From a virus (Duplodnaviria > Caudoviricetes), in the IMG/VR virus record IMGVR_UViG_2802428829_000001, positions 33,105-97,104 of that record: a DNA stretch of 64,000 nucleotides; one strand, written 5' to 3'. This document shows positions 36,694 through 47,497 of the stretch, in pieces. The translations under genes were made by a program, and so were the position numbers. Numbering within the stretch: position 1 is the first letter of the stretch; the number at the start of each line of letters is the position of its first letter. Under the pieces are notes generated by a model, which saw nothing but the letters and a program-made list of their open reading frames with translations, was not told where the DNA came from and did no database searches.

Positions 36694-38379
36694 ATGGCAG
36701 ACGAGGTTCCCGAGGACATCAACCTCCTGGACGACCAGCAGCTCGCCGACGCTCTTGAGGCCGCCCGTACCGAGTTCGCCGGCCTGGCCGCGAAGGACAC
36801 CCTTCCCGACGGCGGCATCGACGCAATGCGCGCCCTCGCCACTCGGGTCGAGGAGATCCGCGCCCTGCAGACCCAGCGGGTGAAGGACGCCCAGGCCGCA
36901 GCAGCCGAGATCGACGCGCTCGCCGCGAAGGTCCGCGGCGACGGCCCCGAGGACGCCGGCAGCACGGACGACAACGCCCCTGTCGGCGGCGACGCCGAGC
37001 CGGCCAGCGCGACGCCGGAGCCGACCGAGCCGGAGCAGCCGCAGCAGGACGTGCACCCCGCGCAGGCCACCGCGAGCATCGCGCCCCGACCGGCCCTCAA
37101 CCTCGCCTCCGTACGCGCCCGGCAGCCCAAGGTGCTGCCCGAGGCGCCGGCGTCGACCATCATCACCGCGGCGGTCGACGTCCCCGGCTACACCCCGGGG
37201 CAGGAGCTGTCGTTCGACAACATCACCGCCGGCCTCATCTCCAGGGCCAACGCCTTGAAGACAGCGAACGGCGGCGTCGGGCAGGTCATCTCCTACCGGC
37301 ACCCGTACCCGCAGGACCTCATCGTCACCGACTCCAGCTCGGCACCGGAGGGCACCACGGTCGCGCTCAACGCCGCGAGCCAGCGCCGCCTCCCGCAGGG
37401 CGACCTCGTCGCCTCCGGCGGCTGGTGCGCCCCCTCGGAGACGATCTACGCGATCACCGACATCGCCTGCCCAGACATGCTGTGGGACGCGCCGGAGATC
37501 CAGCTCGCCCGCGGCGGCCTGCGCTACTACAAGACCCCCAGCCTGGACGTCGGCGCGCTCACGTGGGTGCACACCGAAGCCGACGACATCGCCGGGAACG
37601 AAAAGCCGTGCTTCAAGATCCCCTGCCCGGACCCGGTGGAGGTGAGGTGCGACGCCATCGGCGTGTGCCTCGAATCCGGCATCCTCACCCAGCGGCACTT
37701 CCCCGAGCTGGTGTCGTGGTACCTCCGGAACGCGATGGTGGCGCACGAGATGCGCATCAAGGCGCAGCTCTTCCAGCAGGTCCTGAACAGCGCCACCCCG
37801 GTCGTCATGCCGCCGACCTTCGGAGCGCTGTCCGCAGTGTTCGCCGCGGTGGCGCTGCAGGCCGCGGACATGATCGAACGGCACTCCCTGTGCGAGGGCA
37901 CCGCGCTGGAGGTCGTGTTCCCGTACTGGGCGCGGCAGCTCTTCCTGTCCGACCTGGCGCGCCAGAACGGCGTCAACATCTGCGACCTGGACCCGAACTG
38001 CATCCAGAACACCTTCACCAAGCTCGGTGTCAGCGTGCAGTTCGCGCGCGGCCTGGCGCCGGCGGTGCCCGCCGACATCGGCGGAGCGGACCCGGCCGCG
38101 CAGTGGCCGGCCGAGATCACCTTCGTGATCTATCCGGCCGGCTCGATCCAGATCGGCCGTGGTGAGGAGATCAACCTCGGCGTCATCCACGACTCGGCGA
38201 AGTTCAAGTTCAACGATTTCACGGCGCTGTTCGTGGAGGAGTGCTCCGCGGTCGTTGACCGCTCGCCGGACACCCGCCGCGTGACCGTTCCGGTCTGCCC
38301 GGACGGCGCGACCGGCGCGCAGCTCGAAATGGTGTGCGCGGCCGGCTCCCCGGCCGAGTCGCCCGGCGCGATCAGCTAA
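36694..38379 (+). CDS. major capsid protein (with N-terminal scaffold-like region)
   Basis: Coiled-coil N-terminus; LVASGGWCAPSETIY motif of actinophage capsids. Confidence 0.85.
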   Translation: MADEVPEDINLLDDQQLADALEAARTEFAGLAAKDTLPDGGIDAMRALATRVEEIRALQTQRVKDAQAAAAEIDALAAKVRGDGPEDAGSTDDNAPVGGDAEPASATPEPTEPEQPQQDVHPAQATASIAPRPALNLASVRARQPKVLPEAPASTIITAAVDVPGYTPGQELSFDNITAGLISRANALKTANGGVGQVISYRHPYPQDLIVTDSSSAPEGTTVALNAASQRRLPQGDLVASGGWCAPSETIYAITDIACPDMLWDAPEIQLARGGLRYYKTPSLDVGALTWVHTEADDIAGNEKPCFKIPCPDPVEVRCDAIGVCLESGILTQRHFPELVSWYLRNAMVAHEMRIKAQLFQQVLNSATPVVMPPTFGALSAVFAAVALQAADMIERHSLCEGTALEVVFPYWARQLFLSDLARQNGVNICDLDPNCIQNTFTKLGVSVQFARGLAPAVPADIGGADPAAQWPAEITFVIYPAGSIQIGRGEEINLGVIHDSAKFKFNDFTALFVEECSAVVDRSPDTRRVTVPVCPDGATGAQLEMVCAAGSPAESPGAIS

Positions 38380-38455
38380 CCCCGCCCCCGTGTGCCGGGC
38401 CCGCCACGGGGGCGGGCCCGGCCCTTCCTGTAACCCCCTGTTGGAGGTGGGCCCC

Positions 38456-39331
38456 GTGGCGACCATGCGCAAGGCCGTAGACGCCATCGGTGGCGAGCCG
38501 CTGCCGCACGGCATCCTGTCCGGCTGCGCCGACGTCCGCGACGTCACCGACCCGCACGAGCTGCTGGGCGTCGACTGGCTCGCGCTGGGCTGCTGCCCAG
38601 TGCAGGCCTGGGTCGACCCCTGCCTGTCCGACAGCTCTCCGGGCGACGCCTCCCCGGGAGACACCTCACCCGGGGACGTCTCGCCCGGGGATCCGGCGGA
38701 GAAGGAGTTCTGCCGGCCCACCGTGGAGGCGGCGGACCCGTTCACCGTCTACGCGGGGGTGGAGTGCTCCGCCCCGGGCTGGTCGTACCCCGAGGCCGTG
38801 CAGCACGCTCGTGCCGCCCTCGAACTCGGCGAGCAGCAGGCGGTCGAGGAAGGGTTCATGCGTCAGCACCTCTCCCCGCAGGCCGTCGACCTCACCCCGC
38901 CCGAAGGCCCGCTGAGCCTCGCGCAGGGCCTGGCCGCCCTGGAGGGCTGCCTCGCCGAGTCCTACGGCGGCCGCGGCGTCGTCCACGTCCCGGCCGGCGC
39001 CGCGGCGCTCCTCGGCTGCTGCCAGCTCGCCCACCCCACCCCCGACGGCGGCCTGTTCACCCTCGCCGGGAACTGCCTGGTGATCGGCGCCGGGTACTCC
39101 GCGGTGAACGTCGGCCCTGACGGGCTGCCCGCCGAGCCGGGCACGGCGTGGCTGTACATCACCGGGCCCGTCACCGTCCGCCGCGGGCCGGTCGACATCA
39201 TCCCCGACCCGTCCCGCGCCGCCTCGTCGGTGAACACCCGCACCAACGACCGGCAGGTGCTGGCGGAGCGCACGTACGTCGTCGCCACCACCTGCACCGT
39301 CTGCGCCGTGAAGGTGACTCTGTGCCCGTAG
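38456..39331 (+). CDS. second capsid protein (putative pentamer/decoration protein)
   Basis: Follows the MCP; PFTVYAGVEC..EQQAVE..NDRQVLAERTYVV; SPGD repeat. Confidence 0.65.
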   Translation: MATMRKAVDAIGGEPLPHGILSGCADVRDVTDPHELLGVDWLALGCCPVQAWVDPCLSDSSPGDASPGDTSPGDVSPGDPAEKEFCRPTVEAADPFTVYAGVECSAPGWSYPEAVQHARAALELGEQQAVEEGFMRQHLSPQAVDLTPPEGPLSLAQGLAALEGCLAESYGGRGVVHVPAGAAALLGCCQLAHPTPDGGLFTLAGNCLVIGAGYSAVNVGPDGLPAEPGTAWLYITGPVTVRRGPVDIIPDPSRAASSVNTRTNDRQVLAERTYVVATTCTVCAVKVTLCP

Positions 39332-39918
39332 AGATGATCCACGTGCAGCCCGCCGCGGCCCGGCGGCAGGCGTTCGCCCGGTGGGCGACCCGGCAGCGCC
39401 CGAAGATCCGCACCACTGGCCCCGGCACGTTCGCGGTCCCGGCCGCCCTGTTCACCGCGGCCCCCGAAGCAGTCCTCATCGGTTCCACGGTGGACGGGCA
39501 GCGGTACGTGTCCCCGCAGACGAGCCCCCCGCGGCCGGCGAAAGCACCGACCCGCCGCCGGCCCGGCACCACAAAGCCCTCCCCGAAACGTCCCGCCCGG
39601 GTGTCCCCCCGCCCGGACGCCGGGACGATGACCCCGGCGGGGGTCGAGGGCGCGCCCGCCGGGGTCACCCCGCCTGGTGGCGGACCGGCACGCGGCGACG
39701 GTCCGCCACCAGGTCCCCCCGACTCCGTGTCGGCGCCGACCAGTCCCGCCCCTGGCGCCGACACGGACACCACCCCCGCCACCGCGACCAGCCAGCCGGA
39801 CGACTCCGCCGGCGACGGCGCGGACAGCTGGGATTGCCCCGCCTGCCCCCGCGCGTTCACGACCGCGCGCGGCCGTGCCGCCCACCACCGCCAGGCCCAC
39901 GCCCCCAGGGAGGACTGA
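39322..39918 (+). CDS. Pro-rich protein with C-terminal C2H2 finger
   Basis: CPACPRAFTTARGRAAHHRQAH. Confidence 0.6.
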   Translation: MPVEMIHVQPAAARRQAFARWATRQRPKIRTTGPGTFAVPAALFTAAPEAVLIGSTVDGQRYVSPQTSPPRPAKAPTRRRPGTTKPSPKRPARVSPRPDAGTMTPAGVEGAPAGVTPPGGGPARGDGPPPGPPDSVSAPTSPAPGADTDTTPATATSQPDDSAGDGADSWDCPACPRAFTTARGRAAHHRQAHAPRED

Positions 39919-39921
39919 CCG

Positions 39922-40674
39922 GTGCCGATCGAACCGCTCCCGTGCACCCCCGAAGGCCCTGGCCCGGGTCCCGGGCCGGGGCCCGGCGGCTCGTCGTGCT
40001 GCGCCCCGTCGATCACCTCAACCGCGTTGTGCCGCCCGGACGGGACGACGATCCTCCTCGTCCTGCGCTCCGGATGCGTCTGCGACGGCGCCGACCCCGG
40101 CACGCCCGAGGTAGCAGGGTGGATCGACGCCGGCACCGGCGAGTTCACCGAGGGCCCGGCACCCGGCGATGCCGGCCCATGCTCCGGCTCGGGCAGCGAC
40201 GACTGCGCCACCGTCACCGTCCTCCGCCTCTGCGACCAGACGGACGACTGCACGCCGTTCCTGCGGCATCTCCTCCACGACTGCACCGGCACGGTCACCT
40301 CGTCCGCCGACACCACCGAAGACGGCACCACCCCCTATACCCCAGCCGGCGCCGTCGGGGACTGCGCAGCGTGCACTGACTGCCCGCCCACCCCTATGTG
40401 CGGGCAGCTCCTCGGGCTCTCCGGCCCCGAGACGTGGTCGATGCCCGAAGGCACGGAGTCCCTCACCATCAACGTCGCCTGCGGCCCCGTCACGATCACC
40501 GACTGCGCGGGCAACACGACCGTCGTAGCCGAGTGCGGCACCGGCTTCACCTGGGGCGCCCCGCCCACGCCTGGCTGCGCCCCGCCTGCCCTGTGCATGC
40601 CGTTCACCGTCGACATCCCCGAAGGCGCCGCGGCGTACCTGAACTTCGTCAGCCCCTGCGCGGACGAGTCATGA
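39922..40674 (+). CDS. Cys-rich virion protein sharing a repeat with the next gene
   Basis: 21 Cys in 250 aa; LCD..PFLR..DG.TPYTP.G.VG.C. Confidence 0.75.
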   Translation: MPIEPLPCTPEGPGPGPGPGPGGSSCCAPSITSTALCRPDGTTILLVLRSGCVCDGADPGTPEVAGWIDAGTGEFTEGPAPGDAGPCSGSGSDDCATVTVLRLCDQTDDCTPFLRHLLHDCTGTVTSSADTTEDGTTPYTPAGAVGDCAACTDCPPTPMCGQLLGLSGPETWSMPEGTESLTINVACGPVTITDCAGNTTVVAECGTGFTWGAPPTPGCAPPALCMPFTVDIPEGAAAYLNFVSPCADES

Positions 40675-40734
40675 CGCGCGTGCCCTCTGCCTCCGTCACC
40701 GCCGCCTGAGCGGCCACCAGCAAGGAGACCCACA

Positions 40735-43700
40735 GTGCCTTCAGGCGGGAACTTCAGCTCGTGCAACTGCGGCCCGGACACGGACGCGTGCGCCTCACCG
40801 ACCGAGCCGGTCGCCACCGTCGGACTGTGCCTCGCGGACGGCACCCCGATCGCGGTGACGGTCGTACGGGACTGCGCGGGCACGACCACGTCCGAGGGCT
40901 GGATCAACCTGGCCACCGGCTCCTGGTCGGCCGGGCCGCCGCCGGCCGGAACGCTGGCGTGCGGGGAGTCCCGCTCCATCCAGGTGTCCGGCACCTTCTG
41001 TGACGTCGTCGACGGCGACGTTGTCGGCCTGGTCCTCGTCGAATACTCCTACGCCCCGGACGGCTCCATCGCCCGCGTGCGGCTCGTTGACGCCGTCACC
41101 GGGCAGACGTACGTCCTGCAGGGCGAGGTGACGACCTGCCCGGCCGGGGTGGAGCAGCCTGAGCGGGACCTGCTCCAGCTCTGCGACCTGACCGATGACG
41201 AGTCGGGCATGGTCCTCAGCGAGCCGTTCGTACGGGACTACCAGCGCGACCAGAACGGCGCCATCACCGGGCACACGGACTACACGCTCAACGGCGCCCC
41301 GTACACCCCCACGGGGACGGTCGGCATCTGCCCGGCCCCGGCCGCGGACGAGGACGGGTGCCAGCACTGCGAGACGCTGACCCTCTGCGATGTCGTCACC
41401 GAGGAGGAGTCCCCCGGGCCCGGCGTCGAGGTCCCGTGGGCCCTGGCGGGCGTCGACCCCGATCCGGACTCGCCGGCCGGGCGCGGGTTCCTGTTCCGGC
41501 TCTCCCCGCCGGACGACCCCGGGCAGGTCGCGACGGTCCGCGTCACCTCCGGCACGGTCGCCAACACCACCTGCCCGCCCGGCACGCCCGACGCGCTGGT
41601 GTTCCACAACACCAACGACCTGCGGTTCTCGTTGGACGATACCGCGCAGCAGATGTCGTATCTGCGGGTCGATCTTCAGGACTTCGACACGTTCGAGCCG
41701 GTCCAGATCCACAGCGACAGCCCCGAGCCGACGCGGCTGGGCGGCACCGCGGTCTGGAACCCCGGCCACACCCAGATCGTGCCGACCGAGTCCAACGGGG
41801 TCGGCGAGATGTACTGGGACAGCCCGCCGGCGTCCTTCGGGTACCGGATCTGGAACACCGGCGGCGGCACCTCGTGCAGCCAGCTCAGTTTCGCCGGGGT
41901 CACGCTCGTCTTCCCGGAACCGCCGCCCGGCGAGGGCGTCGCCACCGGGTTCCTGCGCACGGTGTGCCGGGACTGCCAGGGCGCCGTCATCTCCACGACC
42001 GACACCGAGATGGACGGCGTCACGCCGTACACCTCGGCCGGTGAGGTCACCGCCTGCACCACCGGCGCCGGCGCCCCCGAGGGCCCTGCGGATGTGGTGG
42101 ACTGCGACGCTGGCCGCGCCCTGCTCGTCGCTATGTGCAGCACCGACGAGTCCCCGGGTGGCGAGCCGTGCCGCGACACGTCGTCCACGCTGCTGTGCGA
42201 CACCGCGGCGACCGACCTGATCACGGTCTTCGACCCGGTGAACCGGCCGGACTCGGACGGCTGGCAGGTCGTCGCCTTCACGGGTGCGTTCCCCAGCTAC
42301 GGGCCGGAGGCGGCGATGCCGTACCCGGCGCCGTACGGGACGCCCATGGGCTACCCGGCGCTCGGCGCCCGCGTCGACCAGAACGCCGGCCCGACCGGCG
42401 TCCAGTGGCCCGGCTACGACGGCGCACAGATCCGATGGGTCCTCCGCAAGACGTTCACCGCGCCGGAGGACGGCGTTGCCGTCGCCCAGTCCACCGGGTT
42501 CCGGGGAGACGGCGGCGCCCGCGTACGGATCAATGGGGTCGACGCCGGCATGTACGGGCAGTGGAACCAGCCCGCCACCTCCGGCACTGCGCAGATCCCC
42601 GTCACCGCCGGCCCCAACGTCGTGGAGATCGAAGTCCGCGACGTCGGCGGCATCAACAACGTGCTCGGCAGACTCGACATTGCGATGCCGCGCACCGTGC
42701 AGTTCATGCGCCGGCAGGTCACGGACTGCGAGACCGGCGACGTCATCTCCACCACGGACACCACCCTCGACGGTGATCCGTACACGGTCACCGGGGAGGT
42801 CGGGCAGTGTGAGCCGCTCGCGGAGTGCTGCGAGCAGCCTCCCCCAGAGAACCGGGTCGACGTGGAGACGCAGCTCCTGTGCGTTCGGGACCAAGCGAGC
42901 GGCGACATCACCGGGCAGGTCATCGCAGAGCGCCTCTACGACGACCAGAGCGGCGACCTGGCCGAGCAGCGGCTCACCACCCTCACTGGCGCGCCGTTCA
43001 CGCTACCCGTCGGCGTCGAACTCACGAAGTGCCCGGAGCCGGACCGCATCACCGGTCAGGTGTGCTTGGTTGAGTCTGGCAGCAGCGAGTTCCTGACCAA
43101 CGAGGCGAACGCGGCCAGCGGCGTGGACACGGATTGGCAGTGGGCGCCGAACCTGACGGGCCTGTGGTACCCGATGTACCGGGTCGCGCCGAACCCGGTA
43201 TGGACGGCGACGGACACCGCGCCGAACAAGGCGCATTGGGTGAGCCCGCACTCCAACCGGACCGTGTGCCCTGCCGCGGGGGAGACCTCGCCGCAGGTCC
43301 CGGGCACCTGGTACACGCGGGCCTCGTGGAACCTGCCGGTCAACGTGGATCCGGACAGTATCCGTATCGCGGCGACGGTCCTGAACGCCGACAACAAAGT
43401 CGTCCAGTGGCGCCTCAACGATGGGGCGTGGCAGCCGGTAGGGGGCGGCGGCCTCAGCAATCCGGCGTGGACGTTCCCCCCGACCGCCGTGCCCGGAGGC
43501 CGGGCTGGTCAGAACGAGATCGTCGTCCAGATCCTGGAGACGCAGCCCGCCGTCTCATGCCCGTCGCCGAATGAGGCCGGGATGATCCTGCACGTCCTCG
43601 CCACTTACGACTACGAGCCGCGGGTGTGGACGCAGGTCATCGAGGACGGCCGGGTCTACTACCTGGACCAGGACGGCCAGCGGCAGGACAGCATCCCGGA

Positions 43701-45933
43701 CGGCTACCGGCAAGTGGTGTGCGGCGGGAATGGCGGTGGCTGCTGCCCACCCGAGGAGCGCGTAGACGTCGAGTCCGACGTTATGTGCATCCAAGACGCG
43801 GCCGGCGACATCGTGCAGCAGGTCGTCGTCGAGCGCGTCTACGACGACCAGACCGGCGAGCGCACGCTGCAGCGGCTCCTCGCCCCGACCACCGGCGCCC
43901 CCGTGGAACTCCCCGAGGGCGCCACGCTCGTCGTCTGCAACGAGCCGGAGTGCCCGGTGGCGTTCTCCACGGAGTGCGTGGGCGCGATGGAGCGCACGGA
44001 GGCGTCGTACGACAACACGAGCTTGATCGGCGGGCTGCCGGGCTTGTGTGGCAGCGTCCAGGGTCCGGACGGTCAGTTTCCGTGCACGGCCCCGGACGGT
44101 ACGCCGTTCACGATCGTCAGTTGGATCGTGAACGGCGAGGAGGTGATGGGCGAGGGCGGCGGCCGGCAGTTCAACGGTGGCGCCTGCGGCCCCGGCACCG
44201 ACGCTGCTCTGGGCATGCACCGGAGCTGGGCCGAGGCGCTCACCAATTTGGACCCGACCGGCGCGACGTGGGAGGTGAAGTCGGCCGACTCCTGCGCCTG
44301 GTTCGTCGGCTCGGTCGGCGGCACCGACACGGCATACGGGCAGATGACGATCGTCGGCACCAGCTACGGCGGCGTACCCGAGTCCCGTTGGGTCCTCGGC
44401 CCGGCACAGCAGTGCGAAGAGACCCAGTACACGAAGGTCTACAGCCAGGAGTGCGACGGCACGGTCTCCGTATCGTGGCTGACCCCTCAGGGCGTGCCGA
44501 CGGACGCGCCGACCGGTGACCTGGTGCCCTGCGGCACCGGGTGCGGCAAGAGCGGCGGAACGGGTCTGGACGTCGAGGTACTCACCCTGTGCGATGTCAA
44601 CGACGACGAGTCGGGCTCCGTCGCCTCGGTGTCGTTTCTGCGGCACCTGGTCTACGGCCCGGACGGGCAGGTCGCGACCGCCTACGACACCGACCTGGCC
44701 GGTCTGGCGCCCTACACCCCGACCGGCACCGTCGGCGCCTGTACGCCTGCCACCGATGAGTGCCGAGACTCCTCCACGCTCCTTGTGTGCGACCTGCCAA
44801 CTGACGGCGCACCTGATCCGGCGGTCACGGACACGGACCCGACCGCGTACTTCAGCAGCCCGCCGACCACCCCCGTGCCCGGCGGCGTGCCGGACCTGTG
44901 GGCTGGCGGCGTTGTCACCATCGGACCGGATCCGGCGCCGGGCCCGCACCCCGCAGGCGTAGTGCGGACCGTGGCAGCGACCGTGCAGGCCACCCGCCCC
45001 GCGTGCGACACCGGCACTGCGCACGTGAGGGCGTCCGTCGAGGTCGCGCAGCTCGGCCCGACAGACGGCTGTGGCCCCGTCGGCTGGATGTTCCTCTTCA
45101 ACGGCACGACACAGCTCGTCCACGACGCGCCGCCCAACAACACCCCCTCGGGGTGGACCGGCACCCTGACGGTAGAGACGGACGTCCCGGCCGCTGACCT
45201 CGCCGCAGGTCAGATTGCAGTGGTCCTCGGCTTCGACACCTACGACTCGTGCGACGGCACCACCGCGTCGCAGACCTCCTGGGAGCTGTCCAGCTTCACC
45301 TCCGAGACCACGTATGACCAGGCGGGCTGCGCCCCGCAGGTACTGGCGAACGTCGTCACCAACTGCGAGACCGGAGAGGTCCAGTCGGTTACGTACGCCA
45401 CGCTGGACGGGGCGCCGTACACGCCCGCCGGGACCATCGGGATGTGTCAGCCCCTGGGGGCCGAGCAGCCGGTTACCGTGCTGGAGGCGTGCCGCTGCGA
45501 CGACACAGACGGCGACGGCATCGCCGACACCAGCTACGTCGAACTCGTCGGGGTGGCCGCGGACGGCACGCTGACGAGCCTGGGCGCCCACACGCCTGAC
45601 CTCAGCGCCCCGTACGAGCCCGTTGCCCCCGTCGAATGCGCCACGGACGGAGCGCCGGCGCTGGTGGCCACCGTGCAGGCGCACCGGGTGGAAGTCCCGG
45701 CGGGTGGCTCGTGGACCGCGAACGGGATACCGCTGCTGCACGCCGTCACCCTCACCGCGTGGGGCGCCGACGCGCAGATCACCACCGAGGACGGCACCAG
45801 CACCCTCCACGACGGCGAGTCGGCGTCGTGGTCGATCAGCCGCGACGGCGACGCGTTCCTGACGGGGCCGCTGTCGGTGACCGCCGCCGCGGGGACCGTG
45901 ACCGTCACCTACACCACAGGGGGAGCCGCGTGA
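40735..45933 (+). CDS. 1732-aa modular Cys-rich virion fibre/adhesin
   Basis: AAGGAG RBS; about 11 copies of a ~50-aa Cys-bounded module with large inserted beta-rich domains. Confidence 0.8.
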   Translation: MPSGGNFSSCNCGPDTDACASPTEPVATVGLCLADGTPIAVTVVRDCAGTTTSEGWINLATGSWSAGPPPAGTLACGESRSIQVSGTFCDVVDGDVVGLVLVEYSYAPDGSIARVRLVDAVTGQTYVLQGEVTTCPAGVEQPERDLLQLCDLTDDESGMVLSEPFVRDYQRDQNGAITGHTDYTLNGAPYTPTGTVGICPAPAADEDGCQHCETLTLCDVVTEEESPGPGVEVPWALAGVDPDPDSPAGRGFLFRLSPPDDPGQVATVRVTSGTVANTTCPPGTPDALVFHNTNDLRFSLDDTAQQMSYLRVDLQDFDTFEPVQIHSDSPEPTRLGGTAVWNPGHTQIVPTESNGVGEMYWDSPPASFGYRIWNTGGGTSCSQLSFAGVTLVFPEPPPGEGVATGFLRTVCRDCQGAVISTTDTEMDGVTPYTSAGEVTACTTGAGAPEGPADVVDCDAGRALLVAMCSTDESPGGEPCRDTSSTLLCDTAATDLITVFDPVNRPDSDGWQVVAFTGAFPSYGPEAAMPYPAPYGTPMGYPALGARVDQNAGPTGVQWPGYDGAQIRWVLRKTFTAPEDGVAVAQSTGFRGDGGARVRINGVDAGMYGQWNQPATSGTAQIPVTAGPNVVEIEVRDVGGINNVLGRLDIAMPRTVQFMRRQVTDCETGDVISTTDTTLDGDPYTVTGEVGQCEPLAECCEQPPPENRVDVETQLLCVRDQASGDITGQVIAERLYDDQSGDLAEQRLTTLTGAPFTLPVGVELTKCPEPDRITGQVCLVESGSSEFLTNEANAASGVDTDWQWAPNLTGLWYPMYRVAPNPVWTATDTAPNKAHWVSPHSNRTVCPAAGETSPQVPGTWYTRASWNLPVNVDPDSIRIAATVLNADNKVVQWRLNDGAWQPVGGGGLSNPAWTFPPTAVPGGRAGQNEIVVQILETQPAVSCPSPNEAGMILHVLATYDYEPRVWTQVIEDGRVYYLDQDGQRQDSIPDGYRQVVCGGNGGGCCPPEERVDVESDVMCIQDAAGDIVQQVVVERVYDDQTGERTLQRLLAPTTGAPVELPEGATLVVCNEPECPVAFSTECVGAMERTEASYDNTSLIGGLPGLCGSVQGPDGQFPCTAPDGTPFTIVSWIVNGEEVMGEGGGRQFNGGACGPGTDAALGMHRSWAEALTNLDPTGATWEVKSADSCAWFVGSVGGTDTAYGQMTIVGTSYGGVPESRWVLGPAQQCEETQYTKVYSQECDGTVSVSWLTPQGVPTDAPTGDLVPCGTGCGKSGGTGLDVEVLTLCDVNDDESGSVASVSFLRHLVYGPDGQVATAYDTDLAGLAPYTPTGTVGACTPATDECRDSSTLLVCDLPTDGAPDPAVTDTDPTAYFSSPPTTPVPGGVPDLWAGGVVTIGPDPAPGPHPAGVVRTVAATVQATRPACDTGTAHVRASVEVAQLGPTDGCGPVGWMFLFNGTTQLVHDAPPNNTPSGWTGTLTVETDVPAADLAAGQIAVVLGFDTYDSCDGTTASQTSWELSSFTSETTYDQAGCAPQVLANVVTNCETGEVQSVTYATLDGAPYTPAGTIGMCQPLGAEQPVTVLEACRCDDTDGDGIADTSYVELVGVAADGTLTSLGAHTPDLSAPYEPVAPVECATDGAPALVATVQAHRVEVPAGGSWTANGIPLLHAVTLTAWGADAQITTEDGTSTLHDGESASWSISRDGDAFLTGPLSVTAAAGTVTVTYTTGGAA

Positions 45934-46526
45934 CCCACCCGGAGCCGGCGGCGGCCGCGGACGATGGCGTGGATGCCTACCAGCGCCGCTACCTCGACCA
46001 CCAGGCGCGCAAGCGCGAGGTGCTGATCGAGATCATGCGGGAGCGGCACTCGGACCGCATGTACGACGCCCGCCAAGTCGAGGACGGCGTGCGCGCCCAG
46101 GTGCGTGAGGCGATCGGGCTGGTCCCGTCGAGCTGCAACCGCCGCGGCGTACGCGCGGTGGAGGTCGACGGTCGCGACGAACTCGCCCTCCTCGGTGGGC
46201 TCCTGGTCGGCGGCGTCGGGTGGATCCACCGCGCGCCGTGGGTTCTGCTGCTCTTCGCCGACCCGGTGGCGTACAAGGCCGGCCGTGAGGTCGAGTTCAT
46301 GCCCTTCTTGGACGCCGGGTGCGTCATACAGCAGGTGATGCTCCGGGCCACCAGCCTCGGGCTCGCCACCGCGTACGCCAACCCGAACGTGCGAGAGACC
46401 AACCGCGCGCACTTCAGCGCCACGTTCGGTCAGGGCATCTTCTGCGGCGCGTTGGCGATCGGCCACCCGCACCCCGATTCCCTCGACCGGGCCCACCACG
46501 AGCAGCGCACGCGGGCCGCTCTGTGA
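45930..46526 (+). CDS. nitroreductase-family (FMN) protein
   Basis: ERHSDRMY, PSSCNR, LDAGCVIQQVMLRATSLGLAT, AIGHP. Confidence 0.85.
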   Translation: MTHPEPAAAADDGVDAYQRRYLDHQARKREVLIEIMRERHSDRMYDARQVEDGVRAQVREAIGLVPSSCNRRGVRAVEVDGRDELALLGGLLVGGVGWIHRAPWVLLLFADPVAYKAGREVEFMPFLDAGCVIQQVMLRATSLGLATAYANPNVRETNRAHFSATFGQGIFCGALAIGHPHPDSLDRAHHEQRTRAAL

Positions 46527-47401
46527 CCGGCCGGCCGCGGGTCTTCGCCGTCGCCGGCTGGCGGTACGAGCCTGCGTGGCTCGTCGACGAGCTGCGCGAC
46601 AACTTGTCATGGGTCGACGAGGTGGTCATCGTCGACGACCGTGCCCGTACGGACGAGCTGTGGGTGCATGAGGGGGAGTACCGGCTGATGCAGCGCCGCG
46701 CCCTGGAGGCCGCCGGCATCCGCCCGTGGGACCTCGTCCTCGTCACCTCCCCGGACGAGCGGTGGGGGCGCCACGCCGGCCGTATCCTCCGCGGCCTGGC
46801 CGCCGCCTACCCCCGCCGGAAGCGGATCTACGAGTTCCCGCTGCGGGAGATGTGGACCCCGACCCGCTACCGGACCGACGGCATGTGGGGCAGCAAGTGG
46901 CGGCCGAGGATGTTCCCCTACCTGCCGGACCAGAAGTTCACCCGGCGGCGGATCCAGACCCCGCCCACCCCCACCTCAGGGCGGTACCAGCGCATCCGCG
47001 TCCCCAAGGTCCCGATCTTCCACCTGGAGAACATCGCGCACTCCTCCCGTGTGGAGCGCGCCATCGTGTACGAGGCGATGTCGCTGGGCTCCCGCGAGCG
47101 GGCCGCGGACAGTCCGTTCTGGCGTCGGCACGACCCGACCGGCCGCTACATCCGCGCCTCCGGCTACGCCTACCTCGCCGACCCCCGCGGAATGCGCCTG
47201 GCCCCCGTCGAACGCGGAGCGTTCACCCCGCCCGTCGAGCGCCCCTACCTCTTCCGCGTCCCTGACCGGCTCCTCGAAGCGGAGTGCGGGCGCACCCGCG
47301 GCGAGCTGACCCAGTGGCTACGCGACGCCCTCGCCGAGCCGCTGCCGGTCCCCGGCAGGCCGGTGCGCCGCCGACGGCTTGCCCGGGGCGGGCGCGGCTA
47401 G
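46523..47401 (+). CDS. GT-A fold (GT2-like) glycosyltransferase
   Basis: VDEVVIVDDR, VLVTSPDERW (DxDE-like), PIFHLE. Confidence 0.65.
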   Translation: MTGRPRVFAVAGWRYEPAWLVDELRDNLSWVDEVVIVDDRARTDELWVHEGEYRLMQRRALEAAGIRPWDLVLVTSPDERWGRHAGRILRGLAAAYPRRKRIYEFPLREMWTPTRYRTDGMWGSKWRPRMFPYLPDQKFTRRRIQTPPTPTSGRYQRIRVPKVPIFHLENIAHSSRVERAIVYEAMSLGSRERAADSPFWRRHDPTGRYIRASGYAYLADPRGMRLAPVERGAFTPPVERPYLFRVPDRLLEAECGRTRGELTQWLRDALAEPLPVPGRPVRRRRLARGGRG

Positions 47402-47416
47402 ACTGAGGGCTGAGCT

Positions 47417-47471
47417 GCTGGCGGTAGGCCGAGCGGAACACGCCTAACGGCGCCGCTGGTTCTGGGCCGGG
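47417..47471 (+). promoter_or_regulatory. two tandem late-leader motifs
   Basis: GCTGGCGGTAGGCCGAG (47417) and GCTGGTTCTGGGCCGGG (47455) after TAGACT. Confidence 0.7.
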
Positions 47472-47497
47472 CATCCAACGCACTGTTGGAGGCCCGG

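Noticed and set aside
40735-45933. Diversity-generating retroelement target
   Set aside because: No reverse transcriptase and no near-identical TR/VR pair differing at adenines was seen.
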